Source of the DNA: Raja brachyura
Taxonomy: Eukaryota
Length of the DNA: 64,000 nt
NCBI GenBank assembly: GCA_963514005.1
Contig: OY740794.1
Span: 17,670,001-17,734,000 of the forward strand
Reading direction: 5' to 3'
Shown here: piece after piece, positions 37,876 through 50,350 of the stretch
How positions within the stretch are numbered: position 1 is the stretch's first letter
How the letters are laid out: each line of letters begins with the position of its first letter
The notes under the pieces: model-generated
Told to the model about the DNA's origin: nothing
The model's database searches: none
The model's input: only the letters and a program-made list of their open reading frames with translations
Position numbers and translations under genes: made by a program

Positions 37876-39538
37876 CAAATATGCCGAACATAGTAAACAC
37901 TTCCCTTCGATTGGGGCATTTTCCCAAAGCCTTAAAAACTGCAGTGATCAAGCCCCTATTGAAGAAGCCTAATCTGGATGCCTCAGCTTTGAGCAGCTAC
38001 AGGCCCATATCTAATTTAGTATTTCTGGCAAAGATCATTGAAAGGGTAGTTTATAAACAAATTTACAGCTTTATGATCCAAAACAATATTTTTAATGTTT
38101 TCCAGTCGGGATTTCGGCCACATCACAGCACTGAGACTGCACTTACTAAGGTCCTAAACAACATACATCTAAACCGTGATGCATCAAAAGCTTCAGTTTT
38201 GGTACTTCTAGATCTCAGTGCTGCTTTTGATACGGTGGACCATAACATACTGCTTGACAGACTGGAGAAGTGGGTAGGACTCTCTGGTTCTGCGCTGGAC
38301 TGGTTCAAATCCTACTTGAAAGATCGGGATTATTTTGTTTCCCTTGGTAATTATGAATCAGAACGTACAAAACTCACATGCGGGGTTCCCCAGGGCTCCA
38401 TTCTTGGACCCATCTTGTTCAATATTTACATGCTCCCCCTAGCTCAGATCATAGAGTATTTTAACATATCCTACCATACTTATGCCAATGACACACATCT
38501 TTACATCGCAGTCTCACCACATGACCATAGTCCCCTACACTCACTGAGTCAGTGTGTCAAACAAATCAATGAGTGGATGAACCAGAACTTCCTCCAGCTC
38601 AATGCAAATAATATAAGGCTAGAGATAAGTGCTCAACTTAACTCAATCGCACTGAAAACCACAGACAAAGCCAGAAACCGTGGTGTAGTTACGGACTCGG
38701 ATTTGAATTTTAACAGCATATAAAGACCATTATCAAATCTGCCTACTACCATCTAAAAAACATTGCAAGAATCAAGGGATTTCTGTCCAAAGAAGACACT
38801 GAAAAACTTGTTCATGCATATATCTTCTGTGAGTTAGATTATTGTAATGGTATCTTTACAGGTCTCAGTAAAAAATCAATTAAACAACTGCAGCTTATCC
38901 AGAATGCCGCTGCCAGAGTCTTGACCAACACCAAGAAAATGGACCACATTACACCTGTCCTTAAATCTTTGCACTGGCTCCCTGTGTGTAAAAGGATAGA
39001 TTTTAAAATTCTGTTACTGGCCTACAAGGCACTGAATGGTCTGGGTCCAAAATACATCTCTGACCTTCTTGTTGTATATGAGGCACCTAGACTCCTCAGG
39101 TTTTCAGGGACAGGTTTACTCTGTGTTCCCAGGGTCAGAACTAAAAAGGCTGAAGCAGCGTTCAGTTTTTATGCTCCACACCTGTGGAACAAGCTCCCTG
39201 AACACCTGACGTGTGCACAGACTGTAACCTCATTTAAGTCAGGCCTAAAAACACTGTTGTTTACTGTAGCTTTTCCATAACCCAACATGCAGGTAATCTT
39301 AATCGTCTAATCTTAACCCTTTTATGTGCTTTTAAAATCGTTTTAATATTTTAGTGATTTTGTTTTACTATTCATGCAATTGTTTTATTGCTTGTTATGT
39401 AATTTTTGATTTTGGCTATTTTGTTGTCCTGTGTTGTATTGTGGTTCTGCAATGTTTTTAAACTATGTTATTCTTTTGTAAAGCACTATGAATTGCAGCT
39501 TGTACGAATGTGGCTATATAAATCAGCTTGCCTTGCCT
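37876..39538 (+). mobile_element. L2-clade LINE, 5'-truncated
   Basis: RT ORF with YRPISNL, QSGFRPHHSTETAL, LLDLSAAFDTVDH and GVPQGSILGP. C-terminus HITPVLKSLHWLP. (cttgc)n tail. Confidence 0.92.
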
Positions 39539-39539
39539 C

Positions 39540-40200
39540 CTGATTTCACCTTGTTGGAGGTGATAGCATTCAAGCCCTGCCAACAGCTTGGAGCAGGTCC
39601 CTTTTGGCCTTTTTGATGGCCTTACCAAGGTCATTCTGGACTTCTTATAGACCTCTGCATCGCCAGACCTGAATGCCCGGGATCTGGACTTCAGAAGAAT
39701 GTGGATCTCATGGTTCATCCAAGGCTTCTGGTTAGGAAACACTCGGAAGATAGCAGTCCTGGAGTTGTTCCTCTGCCTCCGTCGACCAGCTCTGTACAGT
39801 CCTCACCTCAGGGGGTGCTTTCTTCAGTTGCTACCCGTATGCAGGAAGAAGCAGCGCCGCTGAGTGGTCGGATTTTTCCAAGTGAGGGGAAGGGATAGAG
39901 CGATAGGCGTCTTTGATGGTGGTGTAGCAGTGGTCAAGAGTGCTGCAGGAGACATGTTGGTGGAAGTTAGGGAGCAATTTCTTCAGGTTGGCTTTGTTGA
40001 AGTCTCCGGCTACGGTGGTAAATGCCTCGGGTTAACCCGTCTGGTGCTTGTTGACCACGGCGTGCAGCTCCTCCAGTGCCTGACGGACGTCTGCCTGGGG
40101 TGGGATGTAGACGGTGGTCAGGATGATGGAGGTGAATTCCCTCGGTAGGTAGAAGGGTCAGCAGTTCACCGCCAGAGGGGATCGGGTGAAACTTTTTTTC
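39540..40200 (-). mobile_element. Rex1/Babar LINE fragment (endonuclease region, internally deleted)
   Basis: FPNQKPW motif; minus strand also reads PFYLPREF..., VYIPP and AGDFN. Confidence 0.7.
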
Positions 40201-43200
40201 AAGTTCCTACCTTCTCGGACATGTGATCAATTTTCTGTTGTGCCGCTAGCAAAATGTCGACGCGGGTAGGTGCCATCTTAGACGTAGGTGCTCTCAATGC
40301 CTAGTCTTTCCCCCAGTCTTTCCATCACCTTTGGAAACGTTTATTGCTGTTTATCAACATGAGGACCAAAGTTGTGACAAATGAAAGTTAAAGAAGCCAT
40401 TATGAGACTGAGAAACAAGAATAAAACTGTTAGAGACATCAGCCAAACCTTAGGCTTACCAAAATCAACTGGAACAAAGAAAGAGCACTGGTGAGCTTAC
40501 TAATCGCTAAGGGACTGGCAGGCTAAGGAAGACTCCACAGCTGATGACAGAAGAATTCACTCTAGAATAAAGAAAAACCCCCAAACACCTGTCCGACAGA
40601 TCAGAAACACTCTTCAGGAGTCAGGTCAATGACCACTGTCCAAGAAGACTTCATGATCAGAAATACAGAGGCTACACTGCAAGATGCAAAAACCACTGGT
40701 TAGCCGCAAAAATGGTTGGGTTACAATTTGCCAAGAAGTACTTAAAAGAGCAACCACAGTTCTGGAAAAAGGTCTTTTGGACAGATGAGACAAAGATTCA
40801 TTTATATCAGAGTGATGGCAAGAGGAAAGTATGGAGGAGAGAAGGAACTGCCCAAGATCCAAAGCATACCACCTCATCTGTGAAATCTGTACTGGCTCAC
40901 TCATCTTCATTGATGATACAACTGCTGATGGTAGCAGCATAATGAATTCTTAAGTGTATAGACACATCCTATCTGCTCGTTCAAACTAATGCCTCAAAGC
41001 TCATTGGCCGGCGGTTCATTCCACAGCAAGATAATGATCCCAAACATACTGCAAAAGCAACAAAGGAGTTTTTCAAAGCTATAAAATGGTCAATTCGTGA
41101 GTGGCCAAGTCAATCACCCGATCTGAACCCAATTGAGCATGCCTTTTATATGCTGAAGAGAAAACTGAAGGGGACTACCCCCCAAAACAAGTATAAGCTA
41201 AAGATGGCTGCAATACAGGCCTGGCAGAGCATCACCAGAGAAGACACCCAGCAACTGGTGATGTCCATGAATCGTAGACTTCAAGCAGTCAATGCATGCA
41301 AAGGACATGCAACAAAATACTAAACATGACTACTTTCATTTACATGACATTGCTGTGTCCCAAACATTATGGTGCCCTGAAATGGGGGGGACTAAGTGTA
41401 TCGCTGCTGGCAAATTCATTTCACTGCACCTTTGGGTGCATGTGACAAATACATTTGACTTTGACCATGTATAAACACAGCTGTAATTTCTACATGGTGA
41501 AACCAAAATGTATAAAAATGGCCTTTATTAAAATCTGACAATGTGCACTTTAACCACGTGTGATTTTTTCTATTACAAATCTCAAATTTTGGAGTACAGA
41601 GGCAAATAAATAAATGATGGGTCTTCGTCCCAAACATTATGGAGGGCACTGCAGAAGTACTCAGAGTGATGTTAGAATACTCAAGAATTCCACAGAGTCC
41701 GCGCTGACCAGCGATCCCCGCACACTAACTCTATCCTGCATACACAAAGGACAATTTACAATTTTGACAAAGCCAATCAGCCTACAAACCTGTACGTCTT
41801 TGAAGTGCGTGAGGAAATTGGAGCACCCGGAGAAAACTCCTGCAGGTCAGGGGGAGAATGTACAGACAGCACCCGTACTCAGGATGGAAGCTGGGTTCTG
41901 GCGCTGTAAGGCAGCATGGTGGCACAAAGGTAGAACTCAGATCCCAGGATCAATCCTCCCATCAACTCCATCCACACTTCACACTGCCTCAGGAAAGCAG
42001 CCAACAAGGGCTATTTCTGCCTTGGTCAATCCACCTCTCTCTTTATGAAGGTAAAAAACCTTGAAACAAAGTACCAACAGATTCAGGAACAGCTACTTCC
42101 CTGCAGTTATTAGACTACTAAATAAACGTCTCACAGGCTGAAGTTGTTGTCCCACTCTCCACACCTTCCTGATTGTATCATTGCATTTTTTCAATCTGCA
42201 CTTCCTCTGTAACGTAACATTCTATTCTGCACTGTGATTATTTCCCTTCTTGCACTACCTGTTGCACCGATTCATGGCTTGCTTGTATTCATGTATGGAA
42301 TGCCTTGACTGCATGACAAGCAGAACAACAATTTTCATTGTCTCTCAGTGGATGTGATAATAATAAACCAATTAAATAAGTGTATGAAATAAGATCACCT
42401 ATTCAGCGAAGTACGCAAAATTACAGGTGCCTCTAGTTGTTTAACATTGATACCCACCCTACAAATATTTCTACATTCAGCAGCACGCAATGATTTACTT
42501 GGTCTTGCTGTGTTAATGCAACCAGTCAGTCACGATCAAAGATTAGAGTTACAGATGACATTAATTCCCATTCCCTGACAACTGTTCAATGTTATACCTG
42601 GTTTACACTAGCAACGCCACCATACAACGCCAACAACCAAGCCAATTGGCGATTTCACCATCCCACTATCCCCATGTTAACGAGAGCACAGAATGTGATG
42701 TTCAAAGCAATGTTAAAATCCCAATCTTGAGTAATAAAATAGCATTTTGTTGACATCATAGCTGTGGTGCAAATTTTAACTTAGGAAGTGAAATCTAGGG
42801 GCAAACTGGGTGAGAGTGTAATCAAAGCCATGTGTGAACAAGTGCAACATCAAGGACGCTGGTTAGAAATGTCAATGGGCATCAAGAGGAATCGGTTGCC
42901 CAATTGCCAAAAGTGAGATGATTGTGGTTGTTGAAATCCATTCATCTCTGGAAACCTCTGCAGCTATTCCTCATGGTAGTCCTAGTCTCAACCATCCTTG
43001 GCCGATTCATCAATGATCTCCCTTGCATCAAACGGTCGGAACTGGAGAAGCTCACTAATGACTGCTCAAAGATCACTTCCATTTATAATCTCCCTGCAAA
43101 TAAACCAGATCATTCCAGCACTGAGCTAAACCTGGGCAATATCTCGTTTACTTTACTCTATCACATGCAATGAAGTACAGTGAAAAGATTTTGTTGCAAG

Positions 43201-43594
43201 CTAACGAGACAGCAGAAAGACAATACATGTTTACAATCGAGCCACCCATGATGTACAGATACATGATAAACAGAATAATGTCTAGTGCAAGATAAAGTCC
43301 GATTAAAGACAGTCCAAGGGGTTCCAATGAGGTAGATAGTAGCTCAGGGCCGCTCTCTGGTTGTTGATAGGATGGATTAGTTGCCTAAATATGGCTGATT
43401 AGTGGCAAGTCCAGCATTAAAGTGCCAGGCAAGGATCATCTCCAATAAAGGAGGACAATCACTTGCCCTTGACATTCAATGACATTACCATCACCATGTC
43501 CTTTGCCATCAACATGCAGGGGGATCACCATCAACCAGTCACATTAATACGACAGGTAGAAGCGCAGGTCAAATGCTGGGTACCCAATGGCGAG

Positions 43595-44922
43595 TCATAG
43601 AGTCATAGAAATTAGGTGCAGGAGTAGGCCATTCGGCCCTTCGAGCCTGCACCGCCATTCAATATGATCATGGCTGATCATCCAACTCAGTATCCCGTAC
43701 CTGCCTTCTCTCCGTACCCTCTGATCCCCTTAGCCACAAGGGCCACATCTAACTCCCTCTTAAATATAGCCAATGAACTGGCCTCAACTACCCTCTGTGG
43801 TTCCAGAGACCCACCACTCTGTGTGTGAAAAAAGTCCTTCTCATCTCAGTCCTAAAGGATTTCCCCCTTATCCTTAAGCTGTGACCCCTTGTCCTGGACC
43901 TCCCCAATATTGGGAACAATCTTCCTGCATCTAGCCTGTCCAACCCCTTTAGAATTTTATAAGAATTTTATACCTCTATAAGATCCCCCCTCAATCTCCT
44001 AAATTCTAGAGTATAATTCGACTCTATCCAATCTTTCTTCAGAAGACAGCCCTGTCATCCCAGGAATCAGTCTGGTGAACCTTCGCTGCACTCCCTCTAT
44101 GGCAATAATGTCCTTCCTCAGATTTGGAGACCAGAACTGTACGCAATACTCCAGGTGTGGTCTCACCAAGACCCTATACAACTGAAGTAGAACCTCCCCG
44201 CTCCTATACTCAAATCCTTTTGCTATGAAAGCTAACATACCATTCACTTTCTTCACTGCCTGCTGCATCTGCATGCCTACTTTCAATGACTGGTGTACCA
44301 TGACACCCAGATCGCGCTGCATCTCCCCTTTTCCTAATCGGCCACCATTTAGATAATAGTCTGCTTTCCTATTTTTGCCACCAAAGTGGATAACCTCACA
44401 TTTATCCACATTATACTGCATCTGCCAAACATTTGCCCACTCACCCAGCCTATCCAAGTCACCTTGCAGTCTCCTAGCATCTTCCTCACAGCTAACACTG
44501 CCCCCCAGCTTAGTGTCATCTGCAAACTTGGAGATATTGCCTTCAATTCCCTCATCCAGATCATTAATGTATATTGTAAATAGCTGGGGTCCCAGCACTG
44601 AGCCTTGCGGTACCCCACTAGTCACTGCCTGCCATTGTGAAAAGGATCTGTTTACTTCTACTCTTTGCTTCCTGTTTGCCTGCCAGTTCTCTATCCACAT
44701 CAATACTGAACCCCCAATGCCGTGTGCTTTAAGTTTGTATACTAATCTCTTATGTGGGACCTTGTCGAAAGCCTTCTGGAAGTCCAGATACACCACATCC
44801 ACTGGTTCTCCTCTATCCACGCTACTAGTTACATCCTCGAAAAATTCCACAAGATTCGTCAGACATGATTTACCTTTCGTAAATCCATGCTGACTTTGTC
44901 CAATGATTTCACCACTTTCCAA
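43595..44922 (-). mobile_element. Young 5'-truncated CR1 with an uninterrupted RT core
   Basis: 307-aa ORF (QHGFTKGKSCLTNL, DFQKAFDKVPH, GVPQGSVLGP, KFADDTK); intact CR1 3' UTR. Confidence 0.93.
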
Positions 44923-46739
44923 AGCAACTCATCTCCTGATGCCACAGAGCCTTTCCACCATTAACAAAGGTGAGAGGGGGGGAAAATATAAGAGATGTTT
45001 TTTCTTATATTACGACACAGAGCAGTGGGGGCCTAGAAAGCATTGCCAAGGGTGATGGTGGAGAAAGGTACGACAGGAGCGTTTAAGATGCTTTTAGATA
45101 GGCATATGGAAGGGCAGGGAATAGAGGGATAAGGATCACGTGCAGGTAGATGTGATCAGTGTCACTTGGCATCATGCTCAGAACAAAAACATGGGCCGAA
45201 GGACCTGCTCTTATGCTATTCTATAAAGTACATATGAGGAATACAGTCTACTTCTCACCTGGCTGGGCAAGTGCACCACAAATGTGAGGCTCAACATCAC
45301 GAGGACAAACCAGACCAGTAATCATAAGATCATAAGTAAAAGGAGCAGAATTAGGCCATTCAGCCCATCAAATCTACTCCGTCATTCAATAATGCTGATC
45401 TATCTCTCCTTCATAACCCCATTATCCTGCCTTCTCCCCATAACCTCTGACATCCATACTAATCAAGAATCTATCTATGCATCTCTGCCTTAAATATCTC
45501 CACTGAATACTGCAAGATGGTGCTGGAACATGGTGACTGTGTGTGCTCTTCCCAGAGGGATGTACCATCATCTGATACAATCACTCTAAATCTCTTTCCT
45601 ACCTCGTCTCTGTAAATCTAACACCATTTCTAAACAGTCTCTTCTTTGTTCTACCTATTGTACTCGAGTTTGATAGAGACAAAGTGCCGGAGTAATTCAG
45701 CGGGTCAGACAACAACATCAGACAACAGTAATTCAAAGGGTCAGATGACTTTTTGGGTCTGGACCCTTCTTCAGACTTTGAAGCAAAGCCCTAACCTGAA
45801 ATATCACACATCCCTTTTCTCTAGAGATGCTGCCTTACTGAGTTACTCCAGCACTCTGTGGCTATCTTTGGTATAAACTAGCATCTGTAGTTCTTTCTTT
45901 CTGCATACTTGAGTTTGACTTGCTTGTATTTTTTTTACAGATCTGAATGAAGACTATGCAAAACAAAGCTTATTACTGTACCACATTACAATAATAAACC
46001 TAGACTGGCATCTCATCCCACTACTCTATAACTGCAATGATTTCCTTGCATGACACCTTAGCTGCAATGCTGCATCCATAACCTCCACTGCAGTTAACCA
46101 CTTTGACAACAGAGGACACAATCCCCACCACCAATGGGTACTAGGGCAGCAGGAGATTGGATACACCGCCACAACCTTACAGGCTCACCTCCAAATCTCA
46201 AATGATCACAATTTGGAAATAATATTGCTGATATTTTAGCATTATTGGGCCTCCAACATTATTAGTGGGACTCTTCCTCCCCCAACAACTCTTTGCGAGC
46301 ACTGTTTGAAGCCTAACTTCCCCAATGAAGTCTGACAGGAACAGAACATGTGTCAGGTTGGGGGCAAGGTATACATTTAACTCGAGACAGGTGTTGCCAT
46401 TTCACCCCGGCTCAGCACCTCACATAAATCCAGGTTGATTTTGCCTCATGCCACCAAGTGGGATGGGCTGCAAACTCTGGCCTTGCCAGTGGCAGACACA
46501 TACCCCAAAACAGGAGGGGTTAGATATTTCAATCGCTGGTTCTGGTTGATGTTTGCTCAAACACCTCACCCGTGGCTGTCTGGCGCAGGATTTCACATCT
46601 AACTGCTAACACGTTTCACAGTTCATGTTACAGGGAAGTGGGTTCATTCAGTCACTACGATAACATGAGGTTGACGTCGTGACTAAGTGCCTGGGGTAGA
46701 GAATCTAACGTCGCTTTCCCATGACAACATAGACAACCA

Positions 46740-47650
46740 CAGGCCGGGGCACCTCTCCCCGAGGCCGGGTTAGACATGAGCTGCACCCCCCGGGCGTTTG
46801 TTCCTACGGTTCATGAATCTTACCGGTTTGCTGCTGAAGCCTTGGATCTTGGCGGCTCGGTCGTAGATGGAGCATCTAATGGACGTGGATCCAACATCGA
46901 CGGCCAGGACGTAAGTGTCGCTGCGTAGAAACCCGTTTTTGACAGAACCCATAGCTGGGCGCTGGGCACCAAACAGCGGCCGGGGAGGAGGGAAGGAGGC
47001 GCTTGCGAGAGTCACAGAGCGAGGGCACGGAGCGGCTGCAGAACCATGGAGGAACAACAACCCAACAAAACCAAATAACCTCAGGGGAGAGACACAGAGA
47101 GCGAGAGAGGGGAGGAAGGAAGGGAAGGGATCAGGCGGCGAGGTTGGACATGCAAGCGCGCCCCGGTTACTAGGAAGCGGCGGCTCCGAGTAACTTCAGC
47201 TGATACTTGGCGTTCCAGGAAGTTACACGTGTATCCAGATGAACCATACGCATCCTTCTGCTGCTGCTTCTTCTCGCAGCGGCTTTCCCCGCCGCAGGAG
47301 CAGCAAGTGAGATGATGCTCAGAGGCAGGCTGCGGGGTGTGGTAGACACAGGCTGCTGCCGCCTGGAGCTGGAGCTGGAGCTGGGGCTGGGGCTGGAGCG
47401 CCCATGGAGCTGGAGCTGGGGCTGGGGCCGGCGCCGTCCGCACGGAACGTGAGCTCGGCTGTTTTGCTACTTTTCCGCCGGTCATTCACCCCGCCTGTGA
47501 CGTCCGCGTCACACATCAGCCCATCTAAAAGGGGAGGCGCGCCGGCGGCTCACAACACACGCTCCTCACGCTGGGGACCGCGGCGTTGCAGCCGCCTCAC
47601 AGCGACAGCGATAGCGACAGCAGTTCGATCCCTGTCACATCTTCGCCTCA
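46740..47650 (-). promoter_or_regulatory. CpG island / probable GK5 promoter and 5' UTR
   Basis: Abrupt CpG- and GC-rich tract around exon 1. Contains a CRE-like TGACGTC (~47498), an E-box CACGTG (~47226), GC boxes and a (GAGCTG/GGGCTG)n tract at ~47363-47430. The TSS cannot be determined. Confidence 0.75.
46824..46952 (-). CDS. GK5: Glycerol kinase 5, coding exon 1 (MGSVKNGFLRSDTYVLAVDVGSTSIRCSIYDRAAKIQGFSSKP)
   Basis: FGGY-kinase phosphate-1 motif (LAVDVGSTSIRC). 129 nt = 43 codons, followed by donor CCG|GTAAGA (phase 0). Lies in a CpG island. Resembles the recalled vertebrate GK5 N-terminus (VLGLDVGSSVIRCHVYDRAA). Confidence 0.93.
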
Positions 47651-47657
47651 CATGTGG

Positions 47658-47682
47658 AATAATAATAATAATAATAATAATA
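47658..47682. repeat. (AAT)n microsatellite between the CpG island and the CR1
   Basis: About 8 AAT units seen directly. Confidence 0.9.
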
Positions 47683-50350
47683 CTGAACTCTCTTTTGAAT
47701 GCAATCCAGTGAATCACCTCCACTGCCTTCTGTGGCAGAGAGTTGCACGAATTCATAACTCTCTGTGTGAAAAAGTTGTTCCTCCTCTCAGTTCTAAATG
47801 GCCTACCCCTTCTTAAACTGTGGCCCCTGGTTCTGGACTCTCCCAACATCTGGAATGTTTCCTGCATCTAGTGCGTCCAATCCCTTCATAATGTTATATG
47901 TTTCTATAAAATCCCTTCTCATCCTTCTAAATTCCAGTGAATACAGGCTCAGTCGCTCCATTCAGTCCCACCATCCTGGGAATTAACATCGTGAACCTAT
48001 GCTGCACTCCCTCAATAGCAAGAATGTCCTTCCTCAAATTAGGAGACCAAAACTGCACACAATACTCCAGGTGTGGTCTCACCAGAGCCCTGTACAAATG
48101 CAGATGGACCTCTTTGCTCCTATACTCAACTCCTCTTATGAAGGCCATTAGCTTTCTTCACTGCCTGTATGCTGTATGTACCTGTATGCTTACTTTCAGT
48201 GACTGATGTACAAGGATACCCAGGTCTCGTTGTACCTCCCCTTTTCCTGACCCGACACCATAAAGATAATAATCTGCCTTCCCGTTCTTTCCACCAAAGT
48301 GGTTAACCTCACATTTATCCACATTATACTGTATTGCCATGCATCTGCCCACTCACCCAACCTGTCAGTCACCCTGCATCCTCACAGCAGCCTCTTCACC
48401 GTTCACACCGCTACCCAGCTTTGTGTCATCTACAAATTTGCTAATGTTACTTTTAATTCATTCATCTAAATCATTAATGTATATTGTAAATAGCTGCGGT
48501 CCCAGCACCAAGCTTTACGGCACCCCACCAGTCACTGCTTGCCATTCTGAAAGGGACCCGTTAATCCCGACTCTTTGTTTCCTTTCTGCCAACCAATTTT
48601 CTATCCATGTCAATACCCTACCCCCAATACCATGTGCTCTAATTTTGCCCACTAATCTCCTGTGTGGGACCTTACCAAAGGCTTTCTGAAAGCCCAGGTA
48701 CACTACATCCACTGGCTCTCCCTTGTCTATTTTACTTCTTACATCCTCAAAGAATTCCAGAAGATTAGTCAAGCATGATTTCCCATTCATTAATCCATGC
48801 TGACTCGGACCGATCCTGTTACTGCTATCCAATTGAGCCGCTATTACATCTTTAATAATTGACTCCAGCATCTTCCCCACCACCGATGTCAGGCTAACTG
48901 GTCTATAATTCCCTGCTTTCTCTCTCCCTCGTTTCTTGAAAAGTGGGATAACATTAGCTACTCTCCAATCCATAGGAACTGATCCAGAATCTCTAGAACA
49001 TTGGAAAAAGATCACCAATGCATCCACGATTTCCAGAGCCCACTCCTTGAGTACCCTGGGATGCAGTCCATCGGGACCTGGGGATTTATCAGCCTTCAGT
49101 ACCATCAGTCTACCAACACCATTTCCTGACTAATGTGAATTTCTTTCAGTTCCTCCAATACCTTAGGTCCTCTGTCTCCTAGTACATCTGGGAGATTTGT
49201 TCTGTCTTCACGAAGGAAGACACAAACAAAGTACCTATTCAACTCATCTGCCATTTCCTTGTTCCCCATGATAAATTCACCTGTTTCTGTCTTCAAGGGA
49301 CCCACATTTGTCTTAACTAATTTTTTCCTCTTCACATACCTAAAGAAGCATTTACTATCCTCCTTTATATTCTTGGCTAGCTTAACTTTGTACTTCATCT
49401 TTTCTCCCCATATTGCCTTTTTAGTTACCTTCTGTTGATCTTTAAAAGTTGCCCAAACCTCTGGCTTCTCGCTCATCTTTGCAATGTTATATGTCTTCTC
49501 TTTTATTTTTATACTGTCCTTGACTTCCCTTGTCACCCACGGTCGCCTCTTATTCCCCTTAGAATCTTTTTTTCCTCTTTGGAATGAACTGATCTTACAT
49601 CTTCTGGATTATTCCCAAAAATACATGCCTTTGCTGTTCCACCGTTATCCCTGCTAGGGTCCATTTCCAGTCAACTTTGGCCAGCTCCTCCCTCGTACCT
49701 CCATAATCCCCTTTCTTCAACTGCAATACTGACATTTCCGATTTTAACTTCTCCCTCTCAAATTGCAGATTAAAACGTATCATTTTATGATCACTACCTC
49801 CTCATGGTTCCTTTACCTTGAGTTCCCTTACCAAATCCGGTTCATTACACAACACTAAATCCAGAATTGCCTTTTCCCTGGTCGACTCCAGTACAAGCTG
49901 CTCTAAGAATCCATCTCGGAGGCACGCTACAAATTCCCTTTCTTGGGATCCAGTACCAACCTGATTTTCCCAGTCTACCTGCATGTTGAAATCTCCCATA
50001 ACCACCATTGCATTACCTTTGTAACATGCTACTCCAGGCTACTCTTTGGGGACTAGTAGATGACTCCCATTATGGTCTTTTTACCATTTACAATTTCTCA
50101 GTTCTATCCACAATGACTCTACATCTTCTGATTTTACTTCGGAGTCACGTGAGTGACTACGTGAAGAAGCCCCGCCTGACGCTGGATCGGCATTACGTCG
50201 TCGCTGTCGGCAGCGAAAGAGCTGCAGAGCGCAGCTCCACACAGCGGTAAGGAACCGGCCCGCAGGTAAGAGAGTTTTACAAAATTTAGGGCGAGGCTCC
50301 AGAACTCCGTAGCCTGGTGGGTAAACCAGGAGGAGTTAGCAAAAAACAAA

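Larger units (their letters stand above)
37789..41651 (+). mobile_element. Tc1-like transposon copy 2 (same family as copy 1), interrupted by L2 and Rex1 pieces
   Basis: TA|cagtgccctccataatgtttgggac at the left end and the inverse ...ggagggcactg at 41651. Transposase remnants at ~40380-41320. Confidence 0.9.

Noticed and set aside
37791-37880. N-terminus of the 310-aa ORF as a Tc1-L2 fusion protein
   Set aside because: The first ~30 codons are chance read-through of the Tc1 TIR (GTG start) into a 5'-truncated L2 RT. The YADD motif is also mutated to YAND.
46953-47060. N-terminal extension of GK5 suggested by the ORF track
   Set aside because: Begins at TTG. The in-frame ATG at 46952 has good context and gives an N-terminus of the expected length.
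47081-47712. ORFs with PAPAPA / QLQLQ / ELELG repeats near the promoter
   Set aside because: Products of hexamer repeats in a stop-poor CpG island; no recognisable protein.
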